Assembly (NCBI GenBank): GCA_003427395.1
Contig: BFEA01000018.1
Location: 2,741,666-2,805,665, forward strand
DNA length: 64,000 nucleotides
From: Chara braunii
Lineage: Eukaryota; Plantae; Charophyceae
Direction: 5' to 3'
Shown: piece after piece, positions 63,688 to 64,000 of the stretch
Layout of the letters: every line of letters begins with the position of its first letter
Position numbering within the stretch: position 1 is the stretch's first letter
Program-made: the position numbers and the translations under genes
The notes under the pieces: model-generated
The model's database searches: none
What the model was told of the DNA's origin: nothing
Seen by the model: the letters and a program-made list of their open reading frames with translations, nothing else

Positions 63688-64000
63688 TTAACAACATTTG
63701 CCTGGGCAATACTTCCAAATTCTCTACTAAATTTGAATTAAAAATCAAATACAGAAAATAAACACTTTGATAAAAATAAGAAAAAATAAAAAGAGAATTA
63801 GAATGAGAGAGTGTGTCAGTACCTTTTCGACACTGCCATCTTTTCCGATTTTTATTTTTTTTTGGCATTGAAAAATGCCCTGAAAAGTTACAAATATGTA
63901 GTTTACATAATCAATAACTCATTAAAATATTTTCAAAAAATAATAAAATTGTTTAAGCCCCGAAATAAAGTGAAAACAAAAAGTTAAAAGTGAAAAAAAA
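63688..64000. mobile_element. Partial MITE, same subfamily as 61201-61933
   Basis: Close match to 61382-61690; runs off the window end. Confidence 0.75.

Overview
This is a eukaryotic draft-assembly window (several N gaps) dominated by transposable elements and microsatellites. The repeat mix suggests a green plant or charophyte alga such as Chara, which is an inference. It holds: (i) two decayed L1/Tx1-type LINEs, one with a twin-priming-type inversion, plus an endonuclease fragment; (ii) a near full-length but disrupted Ty3/gypsy chromovirus on the minus strand (about 31.4-40.4 kb; both LTRs, tRNA-Met PBS, PPT); (iii) a complete PIF/Harbinger element (44994-52022; TIRs, TAA TSD, dead DDE transposase, Myb/trihelix ORF and unexplained extra exons); (iv) several hAT-like MITE families with 8-bp TSDs, some nested or stacked in (TA)n tracts; (v) a mitochondrial-type trnS(UGA) pseudogene; (vi) a probable multi-exon host gene of unknown function (+ strand, about 12.6-28.1 kb). 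The most striking observation is a small dispersed repeat (4 copies) that carries a type III hammerhead ribozyme fold. The three copies with a visible 3' end share it next to TA repeats, and their 5' ends vary, as expected for a Penelope-like or retrozyme-like self-cleaving retroelement. All calls were made by eye, without database searches.
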